Below are positions 33,080-46,276 of a stretch of 64,000 bases of DNA, one piece after another. The DNA is from Epithemia pelagica. Its lineage: Eukaryota > Protista > Bacillariophyta. Both the position numbers and the translations under genes were made by a program. How positions within the stretch are numbered: the first letter of the stretch is position 1; each line of letters starts with the position of its first letter. Location: contig OX337234.1 in the NCBI GenBank assembly GCA_946965045.2, forward strand, positions 3,472,001 through 3,536,000, in the 5' to 3' direction. The notes under the pieces were generated by a model. It did not search any database. It saw only the letters and a list, made by a program, of their open reading frames with translations, and was not told the origin of the DNA.

Positions 33080-35766
33080 AAAGACTCAAAGGACAGAGTC
33101 GAACCAATCAATAAAGGAATGAATGGATTGATGGATCTACAATCTCACTCTGACCAGCCCTCATTCATTCCGCAAGAAATGAATTTTATGTTCGAGTTTC
33201 CAAACACCGCTGCGGAACAGAGCAGATGATACTGTTTGAATTAATGATGGGTGGAGGAACAATACATCAGACTTTGGAACACTACATCATCCCACAAGAA
33301 CATGCTCCGATTGTGTGCCGCCTACCTTGAATCACCCTCACAAGGAATAAGATAGCATGTGTCACTCTCCACTTTGATTCCAGCCCGCCTTTCAAGGCAT
33401 CATTATACGCAAGTACAACTCCCACTTCGCACTCTAGCAAACGTTTGAATCACCTTCTCTCGTGCAAGTCTTTCATTCAATTGCATCCATGCCACAAGTG
33501 TGTGGATCTGTAACTACCCTTGTCGACCTCCTTGGGGGCACGAGTTTCTCCTCGTCCCTCCCATTTTTCAAACCATTTTTCTTCCGATCTTCCCACCAAG
33601 GTCGACTTGAATCTCGGACCGGTCGTCACAACGGCACGTTGAAACGCCAGCCATGCCACAACTTCCAAGATCCGAGCCAGCCGAAGTCGGTGGGACTGTT
33701 CAAGTCCGATCCACGTGTACTCTTCCACCAACAACGGAGATTGATTTTGTCAGGACCAAGACCAAACGAACCAGCACACAAGGCGAGCTTGTCCTGTTTC
33801 CAACCGGGAGTCGGCACCACAGAATCTTGCAATCGAGAATCGAGAGTGGTGTCTAGGAGGGGATCGTAGACGACCATCTCTCTCTCTCTCTCTCTATGCA
33901 GGAGCGATCCATCCGTCCTCTATCCCCTACACTACAATGTTCCAATTAGAGAATTCACGATCTGCTATGAAGCAACTCGTTTACAATCTCGGTAACACAC
34001 ACAAGAAACCAAGGAGGATCGACTCTGCGTCATCCATAAATCCATCATTCTTCTCCGTTTGTCTGTAGAGTGGAGAAGGACAAACGGCGTTGGATGCAAG
34101 GGATTGAAACCGGCCTCTGAGGCTCGCAGGTTTTTTTTGGCATCTTGCCTGTACCCCAAGTATTCACAGGCAGACGATTGCAGGACCAAGTTCCCTCGTC
34201 TCCAGTCGTCCATCCACTCGAGGAGTTCAATTCTCCTCCTCCGTGATCTACTCGAAGTGCAGTTTCCATTTGGAACAATACAATGATAAAAGAGCGGAGA
34301 CGTTTCAAAAAAAAAGAGTCTCTTTTGATCGAGGTCACGTAGAACCAATCGGTCATACAACCTTGGCGAACGTGTCAGAGGGCCAGTCAACACGGGTACT
34401 CCACCACGAACGATTCCTCGCACTAATTGTACCAAAGGACTGTCAAATTTGATACGTTCTACGGATGGGCAAACATGCGACTGTTTCCAACCGAGGCAAA
34501 TCGTTCAATCGAACGGGTAGTTTGGCTCGATGCAACTCGTATCAGGATAGAGCCTTGTGTCAGTAACGATAACCTGAGGATACGCACCAGAATCAAATTG
34601 GTACAAGGTGTCTTTTTTGGTTTGGATTTCTGGATGAACATGGATACTCCTATGTGGAGAAGCCAGTAACATGGAAAGTCATACCAACCATCAATGTCTA
34701 TTCATGGCAGCCAAGCCCATAGTCTTCTTTCTCTTTGCATCGTGCTGTTCTCCAATCTTCTTCTGTCCCTGGGGTGTAGTACTTTCACTCTTGCGCTAGT
34801 TCGACACACCACGAGAGACTCTGTTCATCAGCACCGACGCTCCACTGATGTTGAAAGACTCTTGCCCATACCAACAAAAGGAACCACAACCAACGAAACA
34901 CTACTAAATACAGACCAATACAAGCATTGTCTGGATCACTCTTGCCCGTTCGACGCCACAAACATTCGACACTTTCCCTGTTGCGTCCTTTTTGATTTGG
35001 ATCCCTTCGTTTCCGTTATGATAATATCTCTTGTCGGTTTCTTCTCGTCGTCTACGCTTTCCAACAGACATGTGACAAAGAAAGACGAGAAATGAGAAAT
35101 CTGACATGCCGATTCGTCCATTCCTATTCTTTGCGACCGATCTGGATCTATTCTAGCGGAAAGAAAGCGGAGGGGTAGCTCAATGAAATTGTTTCCTCCG
35201 CCGCATCATATTATGATGATTTCACTCCACCGCCATGATGGTCCTTGTAGGAGTGTCTGCTTGGATGACTCTTTCTGCCTCGTTGCGACAATGGCCAGCA
35301 CTGCACCATCCTCAGCGACACCCTTTTTCGAGTCTCTCCATCTAGGTAGTACGGAGGAACGCAAATTTTTGTTCAGAATGAATGAATGGGAAACACAACG
35401 CGACGTTTCGGACGGTGACGTCGAGAGCAAAACATCAATCTCTTCGATCTCGAATCTCGACCCCAATCCTGATCCTTTTCCTGTGTCCCTGTCCCCTGTC
35501 GTTCGTCCATGCCCCATGTCCCGTGGTCGCCCATGCCCACCGCTCACGGACTGACTGTGCCCCTGTTCTGTGTTCTGTGCAGTGTGCAGTGTGCAGGATT
35601 GGATTTCGCAATTCGCAATTCGCACAAACACGCACAAACGCACAAACAACAAACAACAAACACGCAAACGAGCAAGACGAACATAGGAGTAGGGAGTAGG
35701 GTACTATTGTACCTACAATACTGCTACACCTAGTTCCTAGTACTTAGCAGAAGAGTGCGAAGAAGT

Positions 35767-36044
35767 AGAGGTTGGACCCGCGAGCTCAAATCGATGCGGG
35801 TAGGTTACCCGCGCATCCCAGCCTTTACGGTTCCAAGTACCCGCGTGTTCCGCAGTTCCGCACTACTATAGGATTTTATGTACTCTGCACAAATGTGACG
35901 TACGGGCGGTCAGACCTAGCCTTTACTGTGCGTAGGTGCGAGTAGTGCGGATCGGAACCGCCAGTCTCTTTCGTTGCGGTGCCAGGGATCAGCGTCACGG
36001 ATTCGCGGATCCGATCCGCAGCACCGCGGTGCGGGTCCAACCTC
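35767..36044. mobile_element. ~280-bp MITE (hAT- or Mutator-like)
   Basis: Perfect 14-bp TIR GAGGTTGGACCCGC (35768-35781 / 36031-36044). Flanking near-duplication CGAAG(A/G)AGT. Internal ACCCGC/GCGGGT subterminal motifs and palindrome GCACCGCGGTGC. Confidence 0.6.
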
Positions 36045-36401
36045 GAAGGAGTGGGTGCGTACTTCAACAATACGTATACGGCGTCCGGCGTGTCCAAGGA
36101 CGATCCTGGCCAACCAAAGTTACTAAAGACATTCACCGGACAGAATGATGGCTTGGCAAGTGTGACCACGAACATCCGAGAACCGGTTGAAGGGAGGAGG
36201 AACTGCAACTGCAACAACTACGTAAATAATGGAAGAGTCATCTAAAAAGTTTAAAACAGATCGTCAACGGGCAACTATTATTTTGTGATTAGACGACGAC
36301 GACAGGAGACAGGAGCGCCCTATCATGCATGGTTCATTCCGAAGACGACATCGTTCACCATTTTCCGTTGATTTAAAGGCATTCCCATTCTCATCGTCAT
36401 C

Positions 36402-37952
36402 ATGAAGCGAGCTGATCTTTCGAACTTCCTGCTGGACCACCTTGTGGACCAGAATCATCATCAGAATCATAGCAATCATCATCGTCAGAATCACCATCAT
36501 CTGCAACCGATTCAGCAAGTCTCAATATCAGCACCGATGATTTCGGATCCACACCATACTTTATTACGTCGACAATATGGAGCACAGTCTGCCGAGTCGC
36601 TACCACCTCGGCTGCCAGCGACTGTAGCCGCCACAGCAGCAACGGCAACAGCGGTGCATCGGGAGGATCTTTCTCAGTTGCCCTCCCTACGAGCTCGAGT
36701 TCGAGTCCATGTTCACGGTGTCATTCTATGTCTTCCTTCTAGTCAAGATTCGCAAGCATATATGGAGGCAATGCAGAAATGTCCCGATCTTGTAGAAACC
36801 GAGACGGATCCAATCCAGTTTGTTCGATGTTGCGATTACGATATCCTCAATGCTGCCAAACGCCTATGTATGTATTGGACTGAACGTGTCAAACTGTTTG
36901 GTTCTCAACGAGCCTTTTTGCCTCTGGTTTTGACTGGAACTGGCGCTCTTACACCCGAAGACGTCCATACCATTCATGCTGGCTACCCTGCCATACTCCC
37001 CGATACAACTACGGGTCGCAAAGTTATTCTAGAGGATCGGAGTAATTGGACTCGCACGGCTAGTATGGAAAATAAGCTCCGTGCGTGGTTTTATTGCATG
37101 TGTATTTTGAGCAAAGACATTATGTCCCAAACGGAAGGCTATGTGACTGGATTGATTGTGCTGGTTACGCCTCGAGATCGTGACATGGATTGGAACTTAG
37201 TCCATCGTCTAGCGCATTTGGGATCTCAAGTCTTTCCTATAAAACCGTCTGGTCACTTTATCAGCATTCCCAATCGTCGAAAACGCAATCTCATCACCGC
37301 ATTTTCTCAAACAGTCATGGACATTTGTCGACACTGGTACGACAATCCTCAGATGCAATTTCATGTGGAATCCGAACCCAATCAAGTATTGAGAGAATTG
37401 ATGGGAGTGGGTTTTACCAAAAAGGGTGTTCCGCTATCCTTTGGTGGTGAGTGGAAGAATGAAGACTGGTACAATTGGTGCCAAGAACGCAAAGAATGGG
37501 AGCAAGAGTTGTACAGGGATCGATTGCTCAAGAAAGCTCCCAGTTCATCCAGTAGCGGGGATCATAGTGGATCTCGGTACGTTATGGGTGATCAAGTTTC
37601 AGAATTGGTTGGTGCGACGGCCTCATCAGACAGTTGTCAAGTTGATAGCGGCAACCGCCGTCATCCTGATCATCATCGTCACTCGGCTGCTGCACAACCA
37701 CAAGGAGGACTTGGTGGTGGTGATGACGATCCCATGGACGAGGAACAGGCACAAGCTCGGCGCGAAAGTGTACTGCGTTCCCGACGACATCGTGAACGGC
37801 GAAAAGAACATGTGAAATCCCTCAAGGAGGACCATGCCAAACTCTCCTTTCAAAATTCTCAATTACGCGCCGAACAAGAACGACTCGTGCGCTTGGTGGA
37901 GGAAGCCCAAAACGTGGTTTCCTTGATCTCTCGACAAGATGCCATTCTGTGA
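36402..37952 (+). CDS. Sec14/CRAL-TRIO-like + bZIP protein, paralog 4 (516 aa, more divergent)
   Basis: ETDPIQFVRCCDYDILNAAKRLCMYWTERVKLFG...VPLSFGGEWK. C-terminus RRESVLRSRRHRERRKEHVKSL followed by heptad leucines. Confidence 0.85.
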   Translation: MKRADLSNFLLDHLVDQNHHQNHSNHHRQNHHHLQPIQQVSISAPMISDPHHTLLRRQYGAQSAESLPPRLPATVAATAATATAVHREDLSQLPSLRARVRVHVHGVILCLPSSQDSQAYMEAMQKCPDLVETETDPIQFVRCCDYDILNAAKRLCMYWTERVKLFGSQRAFLPLVLTGTGALTPEDVHTIHAGYPAILPDTTTGRKVILEDRSNWTRTASMENKLRAWFYCMCILSKDIMSQTEGYVTGLIVLVTPRDRDMDWNLVHRLAHLGSQVFPIKPSGHFISIPNRRKRNLITAFSQTVMDICRHWYDNPQMQFHVESEPNQVLRELMGVGFTKKGVPLSFGGEWKNEDWYNWCQERKEWEQELYRDRLLKKAPSSSSSGDHSGSRYVMGDQVSELVGATASSDSCQVDSGNRRHPDHHRHSAAAQPQGGLGGGDDDPMDEEQAQARRESVLRSRRHRERRKEHVKSLKEDHAKLSFQNSQLRAEQERLVRLVEEAQNVVSLISRQDAIL

Positions 37953-39360
37953 CGATGGCCAGACAGGAATGAAGCACATATGTGAGATTTGACGGATAAT
38001 CTCATCTCTACAATTACCGACGGTGGATCACAGCTGTCCAGGGCTGATTCATCGTGGGCCGTACACTATCCTCTTCGGCTTTTGCTCTTTACTTTGTTTG
38101 TGGACGTATCAACTCGAATAAATCCAGGACAGTAACTGGTGGCATGGACAGTGACCGCTTCAACACGTTTGAGATTGCAATGTTCCTTGCCTTCTTGCCT
38201 TGACTGGTCTTGGGACAGCAATCGCAGAAATGGGGACGGCTTCGTCGCTGGTTCGCTGGTGGGTCGTCTGGAAAGTACCTCCTGTTTGCCATTTCTACTT
38301 CAGTGTCATGCTCATTCTGACATCGTCTATAGCGCGACTTTCTTCTCACTCACTGTAATATCGACTCTTTGTCCATCCTCCATCCATCGTACGAGTAGGG
38401 CTACGAGTTTTAGATTTACCAGTTGTTCTTCTATTGCACGACATTGCATTGCCTATTTGAATCTCGAGTGGTAAGTGTTTCGAGTCACGTTTCATAATAG
38501 CGACTACAACGTTTTATTCGCGATTCGGCAGGCTTTTCGTCCAATCAGATTTCACCCAACGACGACTTCGATGAGTCATGAGCAGATGCCTGCAAACATA
38601 TACAACATAGACCATACCATAGACAACTTCCTCCCAAGTTTCTCGCACTCCTACTACTTCCTAGCTATAGGAGTATGAGTACTGCACAGCTTAGCCCCAC
38701 AATGCGAAAGACGGTCCCTGGTCGGTGGGTAGCTCGGCACTCGGCATTTTATGAAATCATCTTGAATCTCATGTAGAACTAATCAAATGTGCAGACGTCC
38801 AGACTTCCGTGTGTGGGTCGAATTTCATTCGCCGTTGTCTCTCTGCGAGGAGCCCACAATCGAACAGAAGAAAACGCCACACTCGTTTATGGTATTGATA
38901 GATGCGTTCTACTCGTAGCGATTCTATCGTGTCCACACAAGCACCAGAGGATGCCATTGCAAAATGCAACACTTCTAGGTTCTAGGTAGAGTTGGAGTAG
39001 GTACCTCTAATCGTCATCGGGTTTATCACCTACATCCATTAGCATGGATATTCGGATCCCGTGAATCGTGAATCAGCTTGTCCGGTCTACTGTGCACACA
39101 GACAAGATGTGGGGTCGACAGCGCTTCATCGTGGTAACCAGGAATAGACGATTCGAATCGTTAGCCCCACCTGCAGAATGTTCGCCTCCAGCTGCCCGGA
39201 TGCCAAAGACGCGCTGCCACCACAAGGAAAAAGAAGCGACACGACGACAGAGAGTCAAAGGATCATTGCAGCAGCACGAAAGACCATTGTATATCCTCTC
39301 GAGTTGGCTTTTTGTTTGTTCACGCTTACAGAAGAAGTTGGTTCATACTTGCAATCCACA

Positions 39361-40595
39361 ATGACTTGGTTTGGATTAGCCTCTTCCTCATTTTCGTCCG
39401 TGGCACAACGGAATGCCCGTCGCATGGCGTCATCGCCAGTGAATCTTTCAATTCGTCGGTCCTCGACGGCCAATGTCTGGGTCGACAAGAATACAAGGGT
39501 GATTTGTCAAGGCTTTACCGGAAAGCAGGTAGGTGTGGTGGCGGATTGCGGTGTGGAGCTCTCCCTCTTCTTCCACAAGACGTGACAGCAGCGCGCATCG
39601 GTGAACGTGTGTGCAGAGGAAACTATCTGAAGCGGCTCATCGTACAGGTTCCCTATTTTCTGTTGATGTTGTCAAGCTTAGAACGGTTTTTTGACATTGT
39701 TCCTCATGTAATATTTGTACTGATTCTATGTTTGTTTGTTTGGTAGGGTACCTTTCATTCGACGCAAGCCATTGAGTATGGAACAAATATGGTGGGTGGT
39801 GTGACTCCCAAAAAGGGTGGACAAGAACATTTGGGGTTGCCCGTCTTTAATACGGTGCAAGAAGCGGTGGATACGGTTAAACCTGATGCATCCGTCATTT
39901 ATGTCCCTCCTCCCTTTGCCGCCGCAGCCATTTTGGATGCCGTCGAGGCCGAAATTCCTCTTGTTGTTTGCATTACCGAAGGCATTCCTCAAAAAGACAT
40001 GGCCAAAGTAAAGCATGCGCTCAAGCAGCAAAGCAAGACACGCTTGATTGGACCCAATTGTCCTGGTATTATCAAACCTGGCGAATGCAAAATTGGGATC
40101 ATGCCTGGGTACATTCATCAACCGGGCAAGATTGGTGTTGTGAGTCGCAGTGGAACCCTCACCTACGAAGCCGTGTGGCAAACAACTGTGACTGGGTTGG
40201 GCCAATCCACGTGTGTTGGCATTGGTGGTGATCCTATGAATGGAACCAACTTTATCGATTGCTTGGAACGTTTTGCCAAGGATCCGCAGACCGAAGGTAT
40301 TATCATGATTGGTGAAATTGGTGGCAGCGCCGAAGAAGAAGCAGCAGAATGGTGGAAGGAACATGGCAATCCCGACAAACCCGTCGTAGGCTTCATTGCC
40401 GGTACGACGGCCCCACCTGGACGACGCATGGGACATGCTGGAGCCATTATTGCTGGTGGCAAGGGTGGTGCCGCAGAGAAATTTGCGGCACTCGAACAAG
40501 CCGGAGTGCACATTAGTTATTCACCCGCCAAACTGGGAGAAACCATGCTTGCTGCCATGCAAGGAAAAGATATTCCACCGGAAGCGGCTGCCTAA
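39361..40595 (+). CDS. SUCLG1: Succinyl-CoA ligase alpha subunit, mitochondrial (exons 39361-39528, 39747-40595; 338 aa)
   Basis: Ser/Arg-rich transit peptide. [10 protein letters not shown]|GTFH across a GT-AG intron. [29 protein letters not shown] and the phospho-His motif RRMGHAGA. Confidence 0.97.
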
Positions 40596-42141
40596 TAGTT
40601 CTACTCGTTGTTTCGCCGGAACATGGACCATAGACGTTTCGATATCCTCTACCGGTCTCGATTTACGATTTGCCTTTTCTACCAGTATTAGTAATCGAAG
40701 AATCGCGACGGTATTTGGTAGGAGTAGCCGAGTAGAGGTGGATCATAATATGGCAAAATACCTCTAGTTAGAGGTGTCTATCCCTATGACTCGAGGGGGG
40801 AGGGGAATAGCGACTGGTCAGCCGCGGGACCGCTTGACTCTTACCCCCAAGCAGGGGTGAGTCGCACATCAGTCGATGCGCGATGCGCATTCGTATACTC
40901 ACCCCAACGGCTCGTCCTGCAACTCTCGACGATGATACAAAATTCCAAATTACACATTATTCTCCCCACATTCATCACGGAGGTGGGGGTGCGGTGCTCC
41001 AATAACACCCATAACATGTCCACTGATTCCCACAAACGCCACCGCCTCTCTCAGAACAAAGCCAGAGAGGCATATGCCGCTCAAAACGACTCTATATCCT
41101 CGAGATCGACTTAACGAGACGACCAGAACAGCATCGCCAAAAACCACAATGACACTTCTTCGTTGTACAGCAATCCTCCTTCATTGCAAGCCCCGAATGC
41201 CTTTCCAATCCCTTCTTCTATCCCTGTTGCCCAACCGTCCCGTCGTTGTTATGAAAAACCATTGGCAAACAAGCAACCACCTTCCCAAAACCAGCAGAAT
41301 GAAGAAAAGTGAGAACCATCTGGGTTTTTAGACAGTGGTGCGGCCAGCTCCCTATCCACCATTCCATCCGAGTCTACCCAAACCGGCCCGAATCGAGTTC
41401 AGTTTGCCTATCTTCCTCCTCCTTCTTCTCATCGGGGCACTCAACGTTCGTTTACCATTGACCGTCATGAAAACCCGATTGCTGCAAGCAACAGAGGTGT
41501 CTCCTCCATGTCCTTCAATCTGCTGCATCGACTCGATTCATTTGGCCAAGTGGAGTTTGGCACGCAATCAAAAGCTGATTGGGTCCACTGCCCACTCCCA
41601 TGACCGACGTCTTCTGATTTCTGATGAAGAATTCAAAAAGTTACAATACTCCAACTAAGACAACGATCTCTATGTCTCTCACGGCCTCAATGTGCATTTT
41701 GTTTAGGGAGCAACTTCTATTTTTTGGTAAGGCTACAGGCTACTCCTACATTCGTCCTCTAGGTTAGAAAATGAGAATTCGTTCTTTCCCAGACAGACTA
41801 TAACGCATAGTGAAGGGGGCCATCTCATGGCAACCTGGCTTGTTGGTTCTATTAGACCGTCTCGAAGGGCCTCCCGCAGGTCTTCTTGTCGCCCGGTAGT
41901 CGTTGGTCGTTTCTCGCGTTACCTAGTGGTACAAGGACATTGGTTGTGAAATCCCGTCCTCGTTCTTTCTGTTGAGAAGTCCTACTGTGATGACGGTTGT
42001 CTTCCTCGTGCCGTTTATTGTCCATGGTTCACCAATCACTAGGTGTAGACCCAAAGGATGATGGAGAAACAACGAAATGCATCGACTCTTTATAAGTGAG
42101 ACTCACACAGTTCGTCCAGTTGTATTTGAATCTCCTTCGTG

Positions 42142-43545
42142 TCATCCTCCTCCTCCTCGCCACCCTTTTCCTCCTCCCAGAAATCCCCGACGGGGTGTTG
42201 GTGAGGCTGACTGCGACGACTTGGGTGCTGTATTTGTGGAGGACGGTCGCATCCAGGATCGTCCTCCTTTGTGGTGTTTTGGTTTGTATTTTTGTGTCAA
42301 CACCTTGATATGAATCCAAGGCGCCATGCTCTTTTTGCGCGAATCCCAATGACACAAGGCCCTTCCTGGATTCTTGGTTTGGTCATTCATCTGTCGTTGC
42401 AAGCAGTCGACGAATTCCGTCCATTGCGTGGAAGGATCGGGCCAGTCCGTGTCGCACGAGTCAGTATCCTCAGTGTACTGGTGGTTGGTACCAAACAAGA
42501 CACGGCAGACTTGAACGACTTCATCGACCGTCAAGGGTCGTTCATCGAGCAAATCCAAGACACGGGCATGATCCTGTGCCATGCCCAATTCGCGACACCG
42601 ATGCAAGGGCGTGGCATAGTTCAGCCAGGGATTGTACTGTCCGACTTCCTTGGCTTCCTGGACGGCATCGTCCAGGACTTCGAGGGGCAATTCCAGTTGT
42701 GCATCCAAGGCATTGTAAAACTCTGTCACACTTGGTTCGTTGGTACACAGACGAATGACGAGCCAAATGGGCAATTCTTGCAACTGTTTCAAGGCATGCA
42801 CAAAGGCCATTTGAATATCGGAACCTTCGTGGCCCTGTTCATCAGTAGGCAAGCCATCGGTACAAAGAATGACGGCGATTTGTTGCCCCGTGTCTTGCAA
42901 TTGTGGTTGGAACTTGGTCACGGTTTCATAGATCCACTGAATGTGATGTGTCAAGGGTGTCACACCTTGTGGTTTTGTTCGTTGCAGAATACTCCGTGCG
43001 ATGCGCAATTCTTCGACTGATGTCGCATTCATTCCCATGGAGGACATCGTAGGGATGGTTCCATTCGTCGTTTGCGTCGGCGAACTCATGGGCTGTCTGC
43101 TGTTGATAGGGGAAGTACTTCCAACGGAAAATTCCGAAGCACAGTCCTTGTGCGAGGACGGATTCAACAATCGAAAATGCGTGGGCAACTGGAGGGCGGC
43201 AGCCAATTCGGCCTGTTGCAAGGCGGTATGTTGCAATTCGTCCCACCGTGTGACGGCCTGACCATGCCAAGTACCATTGCAGGTTTCCACGACACGATAT
43301 CCATCGCCAATGGCCATGCTTCCCGAATTGTCCAGAATCCAAATGCGTTGACAAAACACTTGCGACGACTCGACAATGGCGTCCAGCAAACCCTGGGTAA
43401 ATCCTTGAGAATGTTGCAGCGAATGGATAAATGGATTGTTGTTGTGGTTTCTCGTGGAATGTTGTTGTTGTGGACGAGTTGTTGTTGTTGTTGCGGGTGA
43501 CATGGCAAGAGGTGTTGTTGTTGTTGTTGTCGGTATTCCTGACAT
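42142..43545 (-). CDS. von Willebrand factor A (vWA) domain protein (467 aa)
   Basis: MIDAS-like WILDNSGSM...TPLT...ILCTDGLP, with low-complexity termini. Confidence 0.8.
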   Translation of the reverse strand: MSGIPTTTTTTPLAMSPATTTTTRPQQQHSTRNHNNNPFIHSLQHSQGFTQGLLDAIVESSQVFCQRIWILDNSGSMAIGDGYRVVETCNGTWHGQAVTRWDELQHTALQQAELAAALQLPTHFRLLNPSSHKDCASEFSVGSTSPINSRQPMSSPTQTTNGTIPTMSSMGMNATSVEELRIARSILQRTKPQGVTPLTHHIQWIYETVTKFQPQLQDTGQQIAVILCTDGLPTDEQGHEGSDIQMAFVHALKQLQELPIWLVIRLCTNEPSVTEFYNALDAQLELPLEVLDDAVQEAKEVGQYNPWLNYATPLHRCRELGMAQDHARVLDLLDERPLTVDEVVQVCRVLFGTNHQYTEDTDSCDTDWPDPSTQWTEFVDCLQRQMNDQTKNPGRALCHWDSRKKSMAPWIHIKVLTQKYKPKHHKGGRSWMRPSSTNTAPKSSQSASPTPRRGFLGGGKGWRGGGG

Positions 43546-44554
43546 TCTGTGGTTGTGTAGTCTTTCACTGGATACAAATCAAGAAAAGCAAAACCATGTC
43601 AGAATCTGAACGTAACTATGCGGTAACAACGGCCCCACGAGTGTGTTAAAATGGATGGGCTCGTAGCTGTGGCACGTTGAGAGAACAATGGAACCGAGAG
43701 AGCTAACACGTGTCTTACTCGCATCTTCGATCGTCTTTCAATTTGCGGATTCTCAAGCTTACCTCATACTCGTTCCACAACTGCACTGAACCGAATGAGG
43801 CAGCTACTATAGTTTCCAGAGGACAGTCCAATAGCAATATCTATATAGCAAACGAAAGTCGGTTGCATCCACAAAGAAACTTTAGTTGCGGCCTTGTCTC
43901 TCTTGTTGTGTTGTTGTTGCCAAATTTTGTAAGACGGTGGAAGCGATCGCCCATCTCCCCCCGCTCTCAAACACATGGAGTCGAAATGTCACAGTACATC
44001 AAAGAGTACGCTTATTTGCAGTTGAAAGCGCATGCCTTGTACTGTCTGGGGGGGATCCGACGATAAGACCGGCGAGCCTGCCATCACTGGAACGACCGGC
44101 GCGCACTACCTATCACATGAGTGTGGAAAAGGTAGGTCCTGAACCATTACAATAAGGAAAGCAACCATCACCACAACAACGTCTAGGCACAACTAGATGG
44201 TAGAGAGCAATGCAAACAGATGGAGTGTGATCAGAGGGGCAAGGTCGCACCGATTTCATTCTGCTATTGGATCCAGTAGAACGATGCACTCTCCTACTCC
44301 TGCCTCAAGACCCCAACACGGATATGGCTAGGAGGATTGAACTAGGTCGATTCCAAGAGAAGCATCCATCTTGTTTGGGCTTTAGAGGCGTAACAGGGGA
44401 TTCGCGCTTGGTTTTGCCCGCTCACGGATACAGCACCAGTTCAATCCAAGGAACTCCAATGCCCGCGGTACAGAGACAGCGAGAAGGAAACCATGGTCTT
44501 TTCATTGTCAGTTCATTTTCTTTGTGTCATTGGTACTGCTGCTGTTGGGAATGA

Positions 44555-46276
44555 CTAATTTTGTCCATTCCCATCGTTCTCGTGACCAGCTAGAGTCCTT
44601 ACAATTTCGTGTGCCTGGGCTAGAAACTGTTCCAAACGAGCCTTTTTGGCCTTTAACTGTTGATTCTCCTGAACCAAGGATTCCGATTCTTGCTGTAATA
44701 GTGCCATTTCTTGTCGCCGACGTTCTCGTTTCCTTCGTGAATGCAACAAGTCCGCCATGCGTCGTTTCGCCAACCGTTCGTCGACTTGCTGCTGATGTCC
44801 GGATGGCGTTGGTGCTGTGCTGGACGATGGATTGCCTCGTTTCCGATAGTTTGGAGCGTCGCCCGAGTTGGTCATGGTAGCCGACACAGCCCTACCGCTG
44901 ATGGTCTGTTCGAGATTGTCTGTCGCCGTCAGTATCTCTCGTCCAGAAAGGTGCGACAAGGTCGATCCATACTTTTCCAAGTGCTCGTCTTTTCGTTTTT
45001 GACACCAGGCATACCAATCGTCAATTTTCCATTCACCTCCAAAGCTCAGAGGAATTTCTCTCTTGTGAAGTCCCAGCTCCAATAAGTCTTGTAGGATTTG
45101 TCCCGGTTGCGTTTGAATATGTGTCTGAACATGAGGCAAGGAAATAAATCGACCAAACACTTGGACAGCTACATTGACCACATCCACGGGTCGAAAGGGA
45201 CGCTTGTGATTGGGTATGCTCAAGAAATGAATCGCGCGCATTCGGACTGGGAAGACACTGCATATACAATAGACTGCTCGTTGAACAAAGGTCCAATCCA
45301 AACTCTCATGGCGGGGTGCTACCGCCAAAATAAAGGTCCGAATACCTTCTGCTTGGGCTTGATCGTCTTGTGCCAAGACACTGTACACGTAGAAAAAGGC
45401 TCGCAATTTGTTTTCCCGCGTTGCTCCCGGAATCCAATTGCGTCGATCTACCAAAACAAATTGCAGTTTTTCTCCAGTTGTAGTAGTTATGTTGTCCTTC
45501 TTGTCGGAGGAGAACTGCAAAATGGCAGGAAATCCAGCCTGAATGGTGGATATATCCTCCTTGGTCAAGGCGCCTTGACCAGTCAGGGTCATGGGCAAAA
45601 AGGCTCGTTGTGGTCCAAACAGGGCCAACCGTTCCGTCCAATACAAGCACAAACGTTGTGCCCCAGCCCACAAATCATAGTTGCAATATCGGACAAATTG
45701 CAACGGATCCGTTTCCGTTTGAACCAAGTCTGCATTGCATTGCATGGCTTGCAAATAGGCAGCCGCAGAGGTTTCGTGATTGAACGTCTGACGAATCACA
45801 CTATCCACTTGGCGACGAATGCGTTGACGCAGTTCAGGCAGTTGAGACAAGTTCATGCCGTTCGCATTCCCATGATCTACGCGAGTTTTGTTGTTGTTTA
45901 TTGTTTGAAAGGGAGATTGCTGTTGTGGTTGTTGTTGTTGTGAGGAGTTGGACGACGATGGAAACAGATTCGATATATTCGGAATGGTAACTTGACTTGC
46001 AGCACTCATGACTGTTCCAGGAGCTTTCATTTGGTCTATCATGCTGTTTCTCGTTGCTTGACTTGTACCATATCCGGTCGAATGTATCCAACTCCCAGTA
46101 GCACTTGCTACAGTTTGAGAAGCAGACGAAGGACCCTGCGGATAATGGGGCCATTGATGATGTTCAGAAGATGACTGTGATTGCGGATGCCCATGAGAAG
46201 GAGACGGAAAGAGACTCATGTCCATCAAGCTCGTTTTGTACGTTGAATCGAGACGAGGAGGGACTGTATGGTTCAA
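44555..46276 (-). CDS. Sec14/CRAL-TRIO-like + bZIP protein, paralog 5
   Basis: ETDPLQFVRYCNYDLWAGAQRLCLYWTERLALFG...IPLSFGGEWK...KRRMADLLHSRRKRERRRQEMALL. Confidence 0.85.
   Translation of the reverse strand: MNHTVPPRLDSTYKTSLMDMSLFPSPSHGHPQSQSSSEHHQWPHYPQGPSSASQTVASATGSWIHSTGYGTSQATRNSMIDQMKAPGTVMSAASQVTIPNISNLFPSSSNSSQQQQPQQQSPFQTINNNKTRVDHGNANGMNLSQLPELRQRIRRQVDSVIRQTFNHETSAAAYLQAMQCNADLVQTETDPLQFVRYCNYDLWAGAQRLCLYWTERLALFGPQRAFLPMTLTGQGALTKEDISTIQAGFPAILQFSSDKKDNITTTTGEKLQFVLVDRRNWIPGATRENKLRAFFYVYSVLAQDDQAQAEGIRTFILAVAPRHESLDWTFVQRAVYCICSVFPVRMRAIHFLSIPNHKRPFRPVDVVNVAVQVFGRFISLPHVQTHIQTQPGQILQDLLELGLHKREIPLSFGGEWKIDDWYAWCQKRKDEHLEKYGSTLSHLSGREILTATDNLEQTISGRAVSATMTNSGDAPNYRKRGNPSSSTAPTPSGHQQQVDERLAKRRMADLLHSRRKRERRRQEMALLQQESESLVQENQQLKAKKARLEQFLAQAHEIVRTLAGHENDGNGQN

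Noticed and set aside
33100-35700. Numerous 60-156-aa ORFs and stutter repeats (TC)n, CTGTG and GCACAAAC
   Set aside because: No coding signature. These look like ordinary intergenic slippage repeats.
39361-40595. Bacterial sucD by horizontal transfer or contamination
   Set aside because: It has a spliceosomal intron and a mitochondrial-type transit peptide, so it is an ordinary eukaryotic SUCLG1.
41017-41658. Possible small gene or pseudogene downstream of SUCLG1
   Set aside because: Fragmented short ORFs with stops, no domain and no convincing splice model.
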